Part shown: piece after piece, positions 12,384-25,991 of the stretch | Position numbering within the stretch: the first letter of the stretch is position 1 | Layout: every line of letters begins with the position of its first letter | Assembly: GCA_973851085.1 (NCBI GenBank) | Contig: OZ316775.1 | Location: 11,222,001-11,286,000 of the forward strand | Length of the DNA stretch: 64,000 nucleotides | Reading direction: 5' to 3' | DNA from: Ptychomitrium polyphyllum | Lineage: Eukaryota | Position numbers and translations under genes: made by a program | Notes under the pieces: generated by a model | What the model saw: the letters and a program-made list of their open reading frames with translations, nothing else | What the model was told of the DNA's origin: nothing | The model's database searches: none

Positions 12384-15300
12384 GTAGCTTCTTCTCAATA
12401 ATGCACATGCTGTGGGACTGTCTGGTAAACTAGAATTCGAAAGAGTTTTTTAGTTTGCCAGTCTGTTCCAGCATTCAATCACAGCATAGTTTAGGGCGAC
12501 GTTGACGATTTTTTATGTGCTCCATGTGCTACTCAGTGCTTGACAGTATTTCCTTTCATTTTCAAGTTGTTTAATGTAGGAGTACGTATGCTGTTGTAGA
12601 CACTTGTCAGCTTGATGCGGTGTGACGTTTATTTTTTCTATTTTTTTTGGCTCAATGAAAACAAGTTCATTGCAGAGTGCGACGTTTACATTTGACGTCG
12701 CAGTCTTTGGCATGCTGGATCTAGTGATGCTCTGCCTTGGCCCTCAATCAGTGGCTGACTCATCAATCATGTCCCCAGCTGTTTCATATCAGCTGTTCTA
12801 ACCTGTAGAATACATTATTGGGTACTCGACGTGTACATAGCTGTGTGAGGGTGAGTTAGTTTGACATTGTTGAATGCTCTGAGTTGCATCGTGGGGCTGT
12901 GGCCTTAATTTTCAACAGGTTGCCAGATGTTAAGCTGTGTTGAAAATGCCACATTCAATGCAACCTTGATGCACTCTGTGTTGTGGAATTTTATACAAGG
13001 ATACACAAGAATACCAATCTGTTCCCAACCTGTTTAATAACATCGCACTTTGAATCTTTCCACAAATGCAGAGATTCTAAGCGATGGTCATTGAATGGTA
13101 CAAAAACTGTAAAAGTAAGTGCGGTTTGACTAAAGAGGTGGCACCATGTTACAAGCTGCATGAAGTATGGGATACTGTGATCAATTTTAGAATGGTCAAC
13201 TGTCTCTGCATGTCAAAGCTCCACCTGAGTTGAACACCAACCACCACCTGCAGTGACATCGCGAACAAGGAGACAATGACAACCGACAATTGCATTCTTG
13301 CGTGCGCAACCCACTTCAGAGACTTCCGAAATCAGTGTAGTCAATAAAGGAGGCTAATCCTCTCCCTTTGAATCCTATCTGATAGTTGAGATTGGTTCTT
13401 CCGATTGTGATAAAGGCTTGGAAGGTGGAAGAGGGTAGTATGCTTGTTATCTGTCAAAGGGCAGAGCTGATCCGATAATGCATCTGTTAGGACTGAAATT
13501 TGACATAAGAAACGTTGGACCATGTTCCAAGTATGAAATCAGTCTGAGAACCACCTCTGAGAAAATTACTGAGAAGAGCTTGTGAGCCATACAAACTCTC
13601 ATACTGGTACACCTTATATTCGAACTAAGCTGGATTGAAATTTAAACCGCTTTACTAAGCACACTAGATTGAAGCATGTGCCTCCTCTTATACAATTGGT
13701 TCTTTTGTGGAGTGGAATGTGTGGCACTTACAGTGAAGGCCTGACAAAAGTACTTGGAAAATATAACGGTCCTGACTACTTTCAATATTTAGTGTACTTC
13801 GGTGAGACATATTCACAAGAATGTCATGCCAATTTCACAATCTTTTTTCTTCACTTCTTTTCAACCAACTCATGTTGAACGACACCAAACAATTTCATAA
13901 CATTGTATAAGTGATGAATCATTACACATCTTATTGTATTATAAATCAGAATTTGATACTTAAGCTTAGTTGAAAAATATGCATGAATGAGTATTTGAAT
14001 CTATGCGGTGCTTGAGAATGTTGTAAAGTCAACATAATCTTTGTAAAATTTTTATGAGATTGAGGATTCATATGACCAGATAAAGAGATATTTATATAAT
14101 TTTTTTTCACATTGGTCACTACATTAACCTTTGTTGCATTAATCTTGATAATAATTACCCTATTACAGGAATTCTCTGAATCTGCTTTCAGAAAATAAAA
14201 AACTTCTTTCAACCAGGAAACTATTGTAAAATATGATGGTATGTTGTCCTTGAAGCACCAAATCCCTATAACTGCATTATAGACTATTTTGAAATACCAC
14301 TTGCAAGATAATTAGGTCAATTTCTGAGGCACAATTTTCAAATCAAGTTAACCAATGGCATACAAGGAAGTAGGTGGTGATTCAAGCTATTGCCAAGAGG
14401 AGAAATTTGTAATATACATTATAATTTTAGGTCAAGATATATCACACTTCTAGATCCTAAAGTACTTTCCACTTTGAAAATTTCTACTAATTCCAATATT
14501 TTGAATAAAGATGTCAAATATTTACATTCATCATGAAATTTTCTTACCTATCATTGTGTATTTTTTCCCCAACAAATGCTATGCTGAGAATATCTGAGAT
14601 ATTTAGTTGGTGGTTTAAGGACAGCATATCCTAATCTCATGGTTCGTGCAAGGAAAATTCAAGAAAATCCACACAAACACTGTCCTTTTGAGTGTCATCT
14701 GTCAGTTATAAATTGATTATATCTGTGGCTTCTCACATTACAGAGTGCCTGCCCTCATTTAAAATGAACGAGGAAGCTGATAGTGTACTCTTTAAATAAG
14801 ATGTGGATGCTGGGCAGGATCTTGTATCACAAGTAACACTTTCTCACAAATAGACGAATGCTAAAACCACATTACTCAATTTGTCCAGTGGTTAGTACTA
14901 TCTGTTGCATATTTTCATTACTAGTATAAAATGACTGTTCACATTCTGAATCTGGTCATCTGACAAACTGATTTGTGCTTCGTGTTTCTGACCCAGATAT
15001 TGCATAAGTATAGCTCATCTAAGATTGGGGTCTAAGGCTTGAAGGTAACAAATAGAGGGGGATGGTGGGATGAAAGTAAACATAACTTTCGTGACATGAA
15101 AAAACATTTGGTGCATGGCAAAATTAACGAGTTCAATGAGAATGGTGCTCTAATCCAATAAAATGGTGATTGACAGTAAAGAAGAAAGTAAGATTCCTAT
15201 TCAAGTAATTATGAGTTCTCGAATTAGGTAGAAACGTGAAACTTCTCAGAAATACCACCGACGAATTCTCAAGTGCCTAAGAACATAAGGCAGTTACAGA

Positions 15301-15605
15301 ACTCAGCTCAATATTCACAGTAAGGTACAGTACAACTTGTCATCAAGCTGAGAGAGAACACGCTTTTTAAGCAATCATGTCATTAGAACTTGTTTACAGG
15401 GTCCACAAATCAGGTATAAGAAATGTATAGCAACCAACAATGGGTACACAGGAATTAATACTTCCAATAGAGTAGAAGCTTTCATCAAATTAACAAGTTT
15501 TGGGATGTACAACATGTTCAATGTTTGCACAAAAAGATGCTGAATGTACATGTTCAAAGATCAAAAATTTCTATTGCACTTGAGCAGCAAGAAAACCTCA
15601 ATTCC

Positions 15606-18027
15606 TTATGCTACCATGGTGTAAGGATCTTGCGATTTTTTCTTCATAGCCAACATCTCCTCAACGTTCTTGGCCAAGGATTCATCGCACTTCCTAAAAA
15701 CTCCCAGTTGACGCTGAATGATCATGTCTTTAGCACCTTGGATGTGACCAGCAATGTTTTTCGCCGTCTGCTCTTGATCCTCAGCGGACATACTCTGCCA
15801 CAACTTCCTAGGTTGCTCGTAATCGTCCTGCTCACTCCACTTTCTGGGAGGAGATCGGCTCACTACTCCACCGTCATGTCTACATTGCCACAAAAAAGAA
15901 ACAAAGTGATAGTGAATAGAAGGTAATAGAAGCTCAATATAAGTTGGTTGTTTCATGTATTCAGAATCAAAGCATTAGTATAACTGCCACACGAAAAAAA
16001 AATGCTTATCAAACGACAACAGAGATACCAGACAGAGAAAAGATTGAAAATGATATTCTGAGAATGATCTTAGAGCTAGAATGAGAGTGATTACTTGTAA
16101 GGATGCACATCAGGTTGAGCAGCGTCAGGTCGGGGCAAATCTTCGAAAGAGTTGGGATAGTAGTTTGGCTTGCTGCCACCGTTGTCACTAATATTCATGA
16201 GTCCATCTCGAGCATACGTTTGGACTTTCGCAAAAGGGCACTGGTTGACAGGAATCTGTCACAATAATTTCCAATATTCAGATAACAAAAGTACACACAA
16301 CTTTACCAAAAAAAACCACTAATCTTTAACATACCTAATCTCATATTCACTCTAACAAACTCTCTTCTATAAAAGAAACCACAGAACATATAAAAAAGAG
16401 AAAAGGTTTAAAGTCTGGACACAATGATCAAGATACATACCTGCAAGTGGTTTGCACCAAGACGATACCGAGCGGCATCATCGTAAGCGAACAGACGAGC
16501 TTGAAGAACACGATCTGGTGAAGCTTCGATCCCGGGGACCATGTGTGCAGGCGAAAATGATGCCTGCTCCACTTCAGAGAAGTAGTTTGTCGGATTCCTG
16601 TCAAACTTCAGCTTTCCGACGTCTCGCAACGGGTAGTCCTTGTGTGACCACACCTTTGTCAGATCAAAAGGGTCGAAACGGTACTTGGGCGCCTCCTCGA
16701 GGGGCATGACCTGTACCTTGAACGTCCAGGAAGGACCGTTTCCATTCTGAATGTTTTGAAAAAGATCTTCCGTAGAGTAATCAGGGTTGATTCCCGCAAG
16801 CTCCACTGCGCGCTCGTGTGTGAGATTTTTGATCCCTTGGTCGCTGATAAAGTGGAACTTCACCCAGTGCGCTTTTCCTTCCTTGTTCACCCACTTAAAA
16901 GTATGCGAGCCATAGCCATGCATGTGACGATGGCCGTCGGGAACACCGCGCGGGGAGAATGTAATCAACACCTATATACATTAAGGGTTTAAAATTTAAT
17001 ATTATGATCATATCTCCTGAGTTATGTAGATAAAATAACATGGGTGCTAGAAGACTAAGAGAAAGTGATAGTTAAGCTTACCTGGTGGAGTGATTCGGGC
17101 ACGAGACTGAGGAAGTCCCAAAATGCATTGGGATCCTTCATGTGGGTGGCTGGGTTACGCTTCTGGGAGTGAATTAGGTCGGGGAACTTCAAAGCATCGC
17201 GTACGAAGAAGACGGGCGTGTTGTTACCCACCATGTCCCAGTTCCCTTCCTCCGTATAAAATTTGATGGAGAATCCACGGGGGTCGCGCGCTGTGTCGGC
17301 GAATCCTGACTCCCCTGTTACGGTGGAAAATCGCCCCAGGACTGGCGTCCTCTTTCCGACTTCGCTCAGGAATTTGGCTTTGCACAAATCGGTCACATCA
17401 CTGGACAAGCAAAGTCATTTTCATAAATATCCGGAAATACGTACATGCATAATCCCCCTTGACAACAAAAACGCCGGAAAGAGCGATTCTAAACTTGGTG
17501 GTCACATGTACTAAACTATAAGTCTGCATTGAAGAGAAGAAGGTGAAGAAGAGTCTCGTACTGTGTAACTTCGAAGTAACCATGAGCACCAGCTCCTTTC
17601 GCATGGACAACACGCTCGGGGATGCGCTCTCTGTTGAAATGCGCATTCTTCTCAAACAGGTGAAGGTCTTCAAACAAGGTATTCCCACTTTCTCCGATTG
17701 TCAAACTGCCATAGGTGGCAAAGAACGCCACAAAATAAGTTATCAGGCTCAGGCGTTATAAGATAACATGATTTCTATAATGCTCACTATTTGCGAAACT
17801 TATGAACCAATACAGAGTTATGCGTCAAACTCCATATCAGTAACGTTGAGATCTCCATCTGTAACCAAACCTATTCAAACAAACCTGTATTGTGATTGAT
17901 TCTAGGATTCAGCTGATATTCACCTGTTGTTGTCATCCGAGACAGGGTGGCCAGTCAAAGTGGTGTACAATGGCTGCTTATTTACACCCTCACGCACTCC
18001 ACCATTCTCCTGGTGACCTGGCGCCAT
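15606..18027 (-). CDS. CAT: Monofunctional haem catalase, clade-3-like (animal/fungal/bacterial small-subunit type), 6 exons
   Basis: Exons 18027-17924, 17705-17562, 17400-17082, 16971-16441, ~16255-16095, ~15880-15606 splice in frame. Motifs: [25 protein letters not shown] (distal His), [28 protein letters not shown] (proximal Tyr). Confidence 0.95.
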
Positions 18028-19660
18028 GGCTATCAAATTCCTTAGTGCGTCCAGCTTAAAAATTTGGTTGCGGAGGAAGAACGTTTTAAACCTCGGAAGT
18101 CTATGAGAGTAACCAGATGTGTATAAATGTATCTAACCAGCAAGGTCTCTTCAAGTGACTGTAACAGCGAGGATTACTGAAGACGAGTGAGGACTCATTG
18201 GAATATATACAGGTTTGGAGATCCAAGGTGCAGTACAAGTGTCAGCAACGAATGAAGAGGATGAGTTACGGTCGCAGCTCAGTATTACTTTATCGTTAGC
18301 TCAATTCACGTTTGCATACTGGCCCTACTCGTGTAATTTTCTGAGACGCAGATAGTGGTGCAGTTGCAGTTTTGAGTTATTGAATTGCGGTGTGGTCGTG
18401 GCCATAAAGGAAACAGCAACCGAAGTTGCACCTGAAACAAATTCAGTAGTTCATCTAAAGAATGCAATCTGAACTCATATGAAACAGTAAGATGTGTAGT
18501 CGTGGCAACAGTGAAGAGACTTGCTTGGAGTCGCGGCGAGTAACTCAAGCAGCTCAACCAGCGTTTAAGAGGCGTAAGAGGAGAGACAAAGTTAGTGATT
18601 GTTGGGTGGCGTCTTAGGTGCCATGTGGCGAGCCGAGCATACGCTCAGCATTTCCCGAGTCTGCGAGGTCACACGAGAGTGAGCCAAGTATGTCGCCTCG
18701 TCATCAGAGAAAGTTCCATATTGTCTGCACCCGTGAAAGACATCGGACCCACTGCAAGATATCGAATCAAAAGCAATTGGGAGTTCACACACATGAGTTG
18801 ATTTTTTGTGTCATTCGTCGCGGGGTAGGTACACCCATTCAAGAGTGCTAAACCTCTACCACTGTGGTCTAGTTACAGTTGTCAACTCTTTCTCGTTCAT
18901 GAAATATAAAAAGAGTGGCTCAAGGTTTGGGTAACGTATCCTGACCGCATACTAGATTTTAGATATCGAATAGTATTCGAAAGAGAACGTAAGATATAAC
19001 ATGTGCAGAAAAGCGGCCACAAGAGAAGCAAAGACATGTGCAACAAGTAGAACGATTCAACGTTCACAAAAGCAGTATTCAAACATGACTTGAAAAAATG
19101 GCTCCTTGAGACCTCTATAGAATTAATATCAAATCAATCGACAGGAGCAAATCCCTTCGGAACATACTCGCTATTCACAACTACGTGCAAAATGCTATTT
19201 GTACCATCATCTAGTGTAAAACCTTGAACACCCCTTCATAAATGTCGGGAGTATCCTCCATTCGTCAATCCATGTCCCGGAACTGAGAAATTCACTACAA
19301 ACTACCCCTGCAGAGCGATGCATTGTCCCTGCAAACTAAAAGTTTGCAAATCTAACATTCTAAAAGGATGTGCAGAGTAGGGCACCTCTGCCTGCAACTC
19401 GTAGGCTGCTGATACTCAACAATATAATATAACACCCATCCTTGTACAAATAAGGAAACAAGATGACACCTCCAGCAGCATATAAAACCTCAAAAAACCT
19501 AAACTATCACACAACAGGAATGTAATCTCCCTTGGACTAGAAATAAGTGCCTGGTCATTTTCTTCAAGGCCCTTCTGCACAGTCTCTGTAGCCTCATGGG
19601 CACGTGAACTACTCGTCGCCAGGCAGCTGATGTTTTAAGCCGTTATTACCCAAGCGAGTT

Positions 19661-20557
19661 TCAATCTCTACAGTATAGGTCGTCCTCAACATCCTCGTCA
19701 AGCAGTACCGATCTAGCAGTCTCTGAAGCTGCTGCAACATCCTGGTCCTCCTTCTCATCCATCACAGCACTAACAGCACCTTGGCCATCTTTTCCGATAT
19801 CACTCCCAGCAAGATCCAGCAATTGTTGATCATAGAAGGCTATGTCAATTCCCACATCCAGAAACTTCCAGAGTTCCACTGCGAAGATCTCAGCGTCCTC
19901 AAACACAAACGGTCTTACAGCCGCTGCAACCGCACTGCACCAACTTTTCGAGCTCGATTCCTTCCCAGAATCAGGCCGGAACATCGACCCCCGGGACCGC
20001 TTCTGCAGAGACTCAACAACCCCAGCCACGTGATGGGTCACCATATTCACATCCTCATCCTGCATCAGCCCTTGCAACTCCCGCCTCACCCAGCACGGCA
20101 ACCACCTGTTGCCTTTGACAACCCCACTAACAGTCCGAGTTTTCCAGCCTCGCGCAACACCACCGCCCACACCGGCATCCAACTCGATATAGCTAAACAA
20201 AACTTCACCAGCTTTGTAACGCGCATAAAGTGCCAGTCGCCTTCGATGCGCTTCCGACAACCGAAACTGGCTCCCATCCGACGCCAGCAAAAAATCCCGC
20301 TGGAACTTCGTCCCCGACACCAAGTCATGTATGATCGACGTGTACTGCGTCTTGCACAGCGGGCACTCAAGCGCCGCAACGCGCTTCCGGTTGCCTGACT
20401 TCGCTAACGACGCCGCCAACACCATTTCCGACCACTGCAGGATGCAGTGGTAGCAGAATCGGTGGAAACACTGGTCCAGAAAAGCCTCCCCTGAGACAGC
20501 CTCCAAGCATATCGAACAATTTTCTCCTGCTCCAAAAGCAGAAACACTCGCAGCCAT
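19661..20557 (-). CDS. Intronless C3HC4 RING-finger protein (Topors-like E3 ligase)
   Basis: CSICLEAVSGEAFLDQCFHRFCYHCI...CPLCK; downstream WVRRELQ segment and acidic tail; ATG at 20557. Confidence 0.85.
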   Translation of the reverse strand: MAASVSAFGAGENCSICLEAVSGEAFLDQCFHRFCYHCILQWSEMVLAASLAKSGNRKRVAALECPLCKTQYTSIIHDLVSGTKFQRDFLLASDGSQFRLSEAHRRRLALYARYKAGEVLFSYIELDAGVGGGVARGWKTRTVSGVVKGNRWLPCWVRRELQGLMQDEDVNMVTHHVAGVVESLQKRSRGSMFRPDSGKESSSKSWCSAVAAAVRPFVFEDAEIFAVELWKFLDVGIDIAFYDQQLLDLAGSDIGKDGQGAVSAVMDEKEDQDVAAASETARSVLLDEDVEDDLYCRD

Positions 20558-23236
20558 CACGAAACACCACTACAACTTTCTACCGGATCTCAAGTAAACC
20601 ACAACCTCAGTCCCGATCTCTAAAAATCATCTCTCTAAACCCTAACTGTTCTCATAAGCGCCAACATCATCGGATATTGGGAAAGCTCAGAACTTGGGCT
20701 ATCTTCCTCTTTGCCCTTCAGAGGATCGCCATCTTCAATTGCGCGTGAGCAGCAACGTCGTGATTCTCCCAGCGCACGCTGCCTCCCGACCTGGTTCAGA
20801 ATTTGCAAACCCTGGATTTCATGAAGATTCTGCTGCTAGGGTTTGGTATTGTTTATCCTTCTGATATCCTGGTTGCTGCCCGGCGTATGTTCGGCGGTCA
20901 TCTCTCTGCATGTGCGAGGTCTGAATGCTCTTCTCGTGTCTTCGTCTGTTCACTGATTTTGTGAGTCCGGTGCTGAGTTCCTAATTTCCCGTTTGGGTTC
21001 CTTCGGATATCGGTTCAAATTGTTTGTAAACACAATTCTGCAAAATTTGCACGTCTCTGATCTACAGATATTTATTCCTGAACTTCTGCTTCTCTGATTC
21101 ATGAATTGCGTTTCCAGTAAAATACGTTTGAACTGGTATAATACCTTTTGAATATCATGAGTCAGAAAACTCCAAATTTATCCGGTCTTCGTTGCTGTGG
21201 TTGCTAGTGTCAAACATTTCATTGCATATACTGTAAGTCGTGTTTGATGATGTCAGATCAGTGTATGCTCCAGACTTTTGCACTTAGAAGAGTTTACAAC
21301 TGTCTCATAGCCACATCGTCCACGTCGGCACAACGTCGAGAAGACGACCTTCTTCATGAGACTATCATGCTATTTGAAATCCATATTGATACACTTATGA
21401 AAGTCGTTCGATAAGAACTCAGATGCAACCCGTCGAAGAAAGTTTTCGTTATCGAGTGCTTTATAAACATGTGAAGGGGTTTAGTCATGCGCTCTCGACT
21501 GAATTAATTAGTATCGATTGCTGCTATTGAAATTGAGGTCAAAAACTGCTCCAATACCTCAACAAATATACAAGATTTGTATGTATATGAGGATCATCGA
21601 CGCCCAAAAACAGAATCAGCAAACATAGCAGCAGTACCACGGCCACAGGCTGTGCAGTTATTTTAGCATTCAAAAAAGCTGGTTTTACTCCGGCTTGCCA
21701 TTTGATGCTTACTCATTGAAAAAGTCGTGAACTGGAATTTAACCAGTTCACGACGAGCAACATATACAGGGCCTCATGTCACAACCAGTCTAGTAACATT
21801 AAACATAGCCTCTCCTTGAAATACATTGAAAAAAGTCCAAGCTACCAGAATACGAAACCACATCTTGCACTGTCTACCTTAGGCAGAAACCTGTCTCTCC
21901 ATTCAGAAGCCACCATATGTCGGCGCGTTACCACCATATGCACACTAATAGTAGACATGGTAACGAGTTATACCATAACTGAAAACATCCATATCTTATA
22001 TGAGGAGAAAGCCGGTGACGACTGCTGCTTCTAGTAGAGATGGATGTCTACAGTTATGGAATGACTGGTTCCCGCTCAACTGCTCGTTCGCTGCAGATCT
22101 TGCAATGAGGATGTCACTGGATTATGCAATCCATTTCATGACTGTTGATGAGCTCCGCCACTTTCCTCAATATCGCACTGCATCGGCTGACTCCGGTAAG
22201 GCTTGAAACGTGAAATTCGGAATGTTCGATCTCTTGCTCAATACTAGTACTCACATTCCAAGTCTCACTGGAGCCAGCCAATGAAGTCGTTGCGATATAC
22301 TGACACAAGATCCACATGTCCATCTGTAGAGCAAGCCAAATTGTTACGCATAAGGCTGCTCCGCGTACGGACTATAACTACAGAATTGAACACATCCGCC
22401 TCTCTTGGAAATACCTCTAGACTCCTGCCAATTTCCAGAGCTATTTACAAACGAGCCAAATATTCCCAGTTTCTTTATCCAACCCAGTCACAAACCTTCC
22501 TTCCTTGAAACGTCAACATCGTCGACCACGAGTCCCACCTCGACCTGCTCGGTGACCTGAACCACAAACCACAAACCCCAAAAGCCGTAAACCCACAGAA
22601 GAGGACGACAGCAAATCCTCATATAATCCAAACCTGGACCTTTCCAGGACATGAGGAGTCCTAAAGAGGGCTCCTTACAAGCTGAGAAGAAATTTATACC
22701 AAACACCATCGTCTACGGTGCTGATCCGTTTCAAAGTCAATACTCTAAGAGTATCCACTGCACATGTCAGAGAATCCTAAGACCTGGAGAAAATCACCCC
22801 ATAACCCGGTACCAAAATGGACGTCGTGTGAGGGACGATAGAAAACGAAGGTGCCATCCACGGGTGCAGGCCCCGCAACGCGCTCTTAGGATCCCGGGTG
22901 AAGCTCCCGGAAGGCGACGAAAGGCAAGGGGGTGGGATTTTTTGTGGGATTTTTTGTGGGTGGTGTGGGTGTGAGGTGTGTGGTGGGCAAGTGAAGCGGA
23001 GCGCCCAGTTGTTCGGATGAGGTTGATCGCAAGTCACCGAAGTGAGAGAAAGTGCATAGAAATTGTAGCCATGGCGTGTCGGCGAAGCTGACTAATTAGG
23101 GTTGCATGCTATCACGAATGTGGCTGGTGGATGGGTTTTAAGCTTTTTGGGTTAGATTAGGGTTTCTCGCGGAGCCTCGTGTTCGAGTGCGAGAACCATC
23201 CACTCGAACCAAAAAGGGAAACGAGCGGTGCTCGGC

Positions 23237-25991
23237 ATGGCCGCGCCGCCGTCGCCTGCGTCGTCCCACCAGATCCCCTCGGGGTCCACCACTAGTGCTG
23301 GATCCAGCGGCGGAGCCACAGCTTCCTCCAAGCGCAAGCGCCGTCTCCACGACCTCTCCACCGATGAGGTAACCAAGCAATCTACCATGATTTCCGCTTT
23401 CACATGCCGATGGATGTACGGATCCTTGGGTTGCAGGTTTTAGATCCCAACCGAGAAGTTCCTTATGTGCGCTTTGGGATTGGTTTTGACTGTTCGTAAG
23501 ATCTTGAAGTGATTATATTCTCCGATGTAGATTTCGAGGGGATGTCGTTCTCCTTATGTGGTCGAAGGGCTTAGATTTTTGGTGGCCAGCTCAGTAAGCT
23601 TTCTAGTTGCTATAACTCATCTTTCTTTCTGAGGATGTGGACGTGAAGGCGTGTGAGATGATTTGGTCAAGGCAGAGAGTTCGTATCTAGCATGATGTGT
23701 TACAGCGTGTACGTTTCTTAATTGTTGTCTTTTTTACTCGGTTGGTTTTAAACAGATTTCTGTCTTCTGCGAGTTACATCAACGCTCGTGGTGTTGCAAG
23801 CATCTAGGTTGACTGAAACTGGGGAGGTGATTGGATTTGGTTGGTTGGTTGGTTGGTTGGTTGAAGGGTGTGTCTGATACAGTTTGTGGCGTTCGTATGT
23901 ACGTAGATCAACGAAATAGTGGCTCTCAGGGGGAAGATGTCCCAAGCTGTTGTTGGAAAGAAATACGGGATTGAGCAAACTGAAGTGAGCGCTATTCAAC
24001 GGATGCAGCGTGTTAAGATTGCCCGTTTGGTGGATGATAACGACAAGAAGGTACATTGGCTATCCCTCTTTGGCGCCCACCCGGACTTTCAAACCGCTTT
24101 CTTGTGATTCTATATCATTTGTATTGCCTGTGATTCGTTTGTGAACCTGCGTCTTGTCTGGAGAAACATGGACGCCGGAGCTAGACCATTGCGTCAGAAA
24201 AATTCTAGGGTATTGTATCCGTCAGGGTATCTGCCAGATTTGGGTTGGGAATCTACTTAGGTTTGATGTCCTTTGGAGTTTCCATCCATTTGCATGTTTA
24301 CTGTTGCGGTGCTCTTAAATTGTCTTCTTACTCATTCTTGATTTATTTGCAGCCAATGGTTGGAAGAGTGAAAGGTGTGGAGGTTACTATTCCTATTGTG
24401 TATGGCTCCATCTCCTTTTGGCTTGGGAAGAAGGCGGCTGAGTAAGCACGATCTCAATTAATCGTCTACCCTTTGCGATGTGTGCTTGGATTCTGTTATG
24501 ATTCTTTTTTAACCAGTTTGGTAGTGTTTCGCAGTTTAGGCGCCTGGCTTAGTTTTAGGTTTTATAGTATTGCCAGGTCACACATTGGTTAAAGGACAAT
24601 CTGTTCCTTGGGCCCCAATTATTTTAGTTGTTGTTTGTCCGGATGGCTGCTGATGTGAGGAATGCTGGCTGCAGGAGCACACACAAGTGGACAACATATG
24701 TTCGAAGTGCTACTAATGAAGACCTGAGTGTTTTGATCAAGAAGGTTGTCTTTCAGCTACATCCCAGCTTCGAGAAACCAACAAGGACGATAGAAGCAGC
24801 TCCATTTGAGCTGTCAGAATCGGGATGGGGCGAGTTTGAAATCGGAATCACAATCTATTTTCATCCCGACGTTGGAGAGAAACCTTTGGAGTTGTACGGT
24901 GATTTTTGCACTGGCTTTGAGTTTAATGTGCAGTATAAGTAGTGTATTCGATGAAAGAAGAATAAGGCTACATTCTATCAACAGAAAATTTATTATTAGT
25001 TCCTTGCAGTAGTAGCCACCAGAAGGTTTTTGAGTTCTGTAGAAACAGAGAAGTTACTCTGCTGTTTTTCCTGCGGAATGAGCTTGTTAGTTTATTAAGT
25101 TGTTTGGAAGCGTTTGCCAGCACTGGTTGGCTCACAAGCATCACTTGTTTTTAAGCATCTTGAATTATGTCCAGTGCTGGAGCTAACTGGTGAGATTAAA
25201 CGAGCAGGTTTCACCATCTGAAGTTGTACGCCGACGATGAGTCAATTCCGCAGACGACAAAGAAGCCTGTCGTTGTGGAGGCCTATGATGAGATAGTCCT
25301 TTCAGAACCCATGGAGGCATCCTTTGGACGCTTACGGAATCATCCAGTCGCTCGAGTAACAGGAAATCTAAATTCTCCGCTTGTTCTTCCAGGTGTGTTA
25401 ATGTTGCTGCTTGGTTATCTATCAACGGCTTGTGTTTGCTTTTAGGGAACAATCTAGTTTTGCTGAAGTGCAAGCCTTCCAGTATGTTACAATATGCTGT
25501 TTATTTTGAATTGGTTCTGTATTGAAGTGATTCTATGCTAGAGTTTGCAAATCTTTTAGTTTGTTCAGTTTAAAGACAACTTAAATGTCATTGAATTTTG
25601 TTACGGGACTGCAAACAGCTGGAGAAAGTTCGTTAGAAAGGAAGGGAGGGGATACCAAAGATCACGCACTTATGCAGTGGTTTATGAAGCATGCCGAAGC
25701 TGAGGATTTAAACTTGCTCACAACTGCTCGTCAGCAGGTAAATTTTCAGAGAACCTGCATGTAGGTCTGATGTTGGACTGTCTTATCCTTTTCTGCACCT
25801 TCCTGAGTTTGTAATTTTAGGGATAAGGATGAGTTCTGACTTTGTGAATGATGGATTTTTTTCAAGAGGTGGCTGTGAAAAAATCTTGGTTGTATTTGCT
25901 GCTACAGGTGTGGGCAGCCGCTGCAAAGTTAAAGAAAGAACTTGGTACATTGGAGAATGAAGTGTTACACATAAAAGCCACAACACATTAA
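23237..25991 (+). CDS. YAF9: YEATS-domain protein (YAF9/GAS41/TAF14 family), 7 exons
   Basis: Exons join in frame: [100 protein letters not shown]-terminal coiled coil; TAA at 25989-25991. Confidence 0.93.
23838..23862 (+). repeat. (GGTT)n intronic microsatellite
   Basis: Directly visible. Confidence 0.85.

Noticed and set aside
19781..20398. 205-aa plus-strand ORF
   Set aside because: Antisense shadow of the GC-rich RING CDS; non-ATG start and no motifs.
21305..21325. CCACATCG resembling the plant snRNA USE promoter element
   Set aside because: Incomplete match, no correctly spaced TATA box and no recognisable snRNA downstream.
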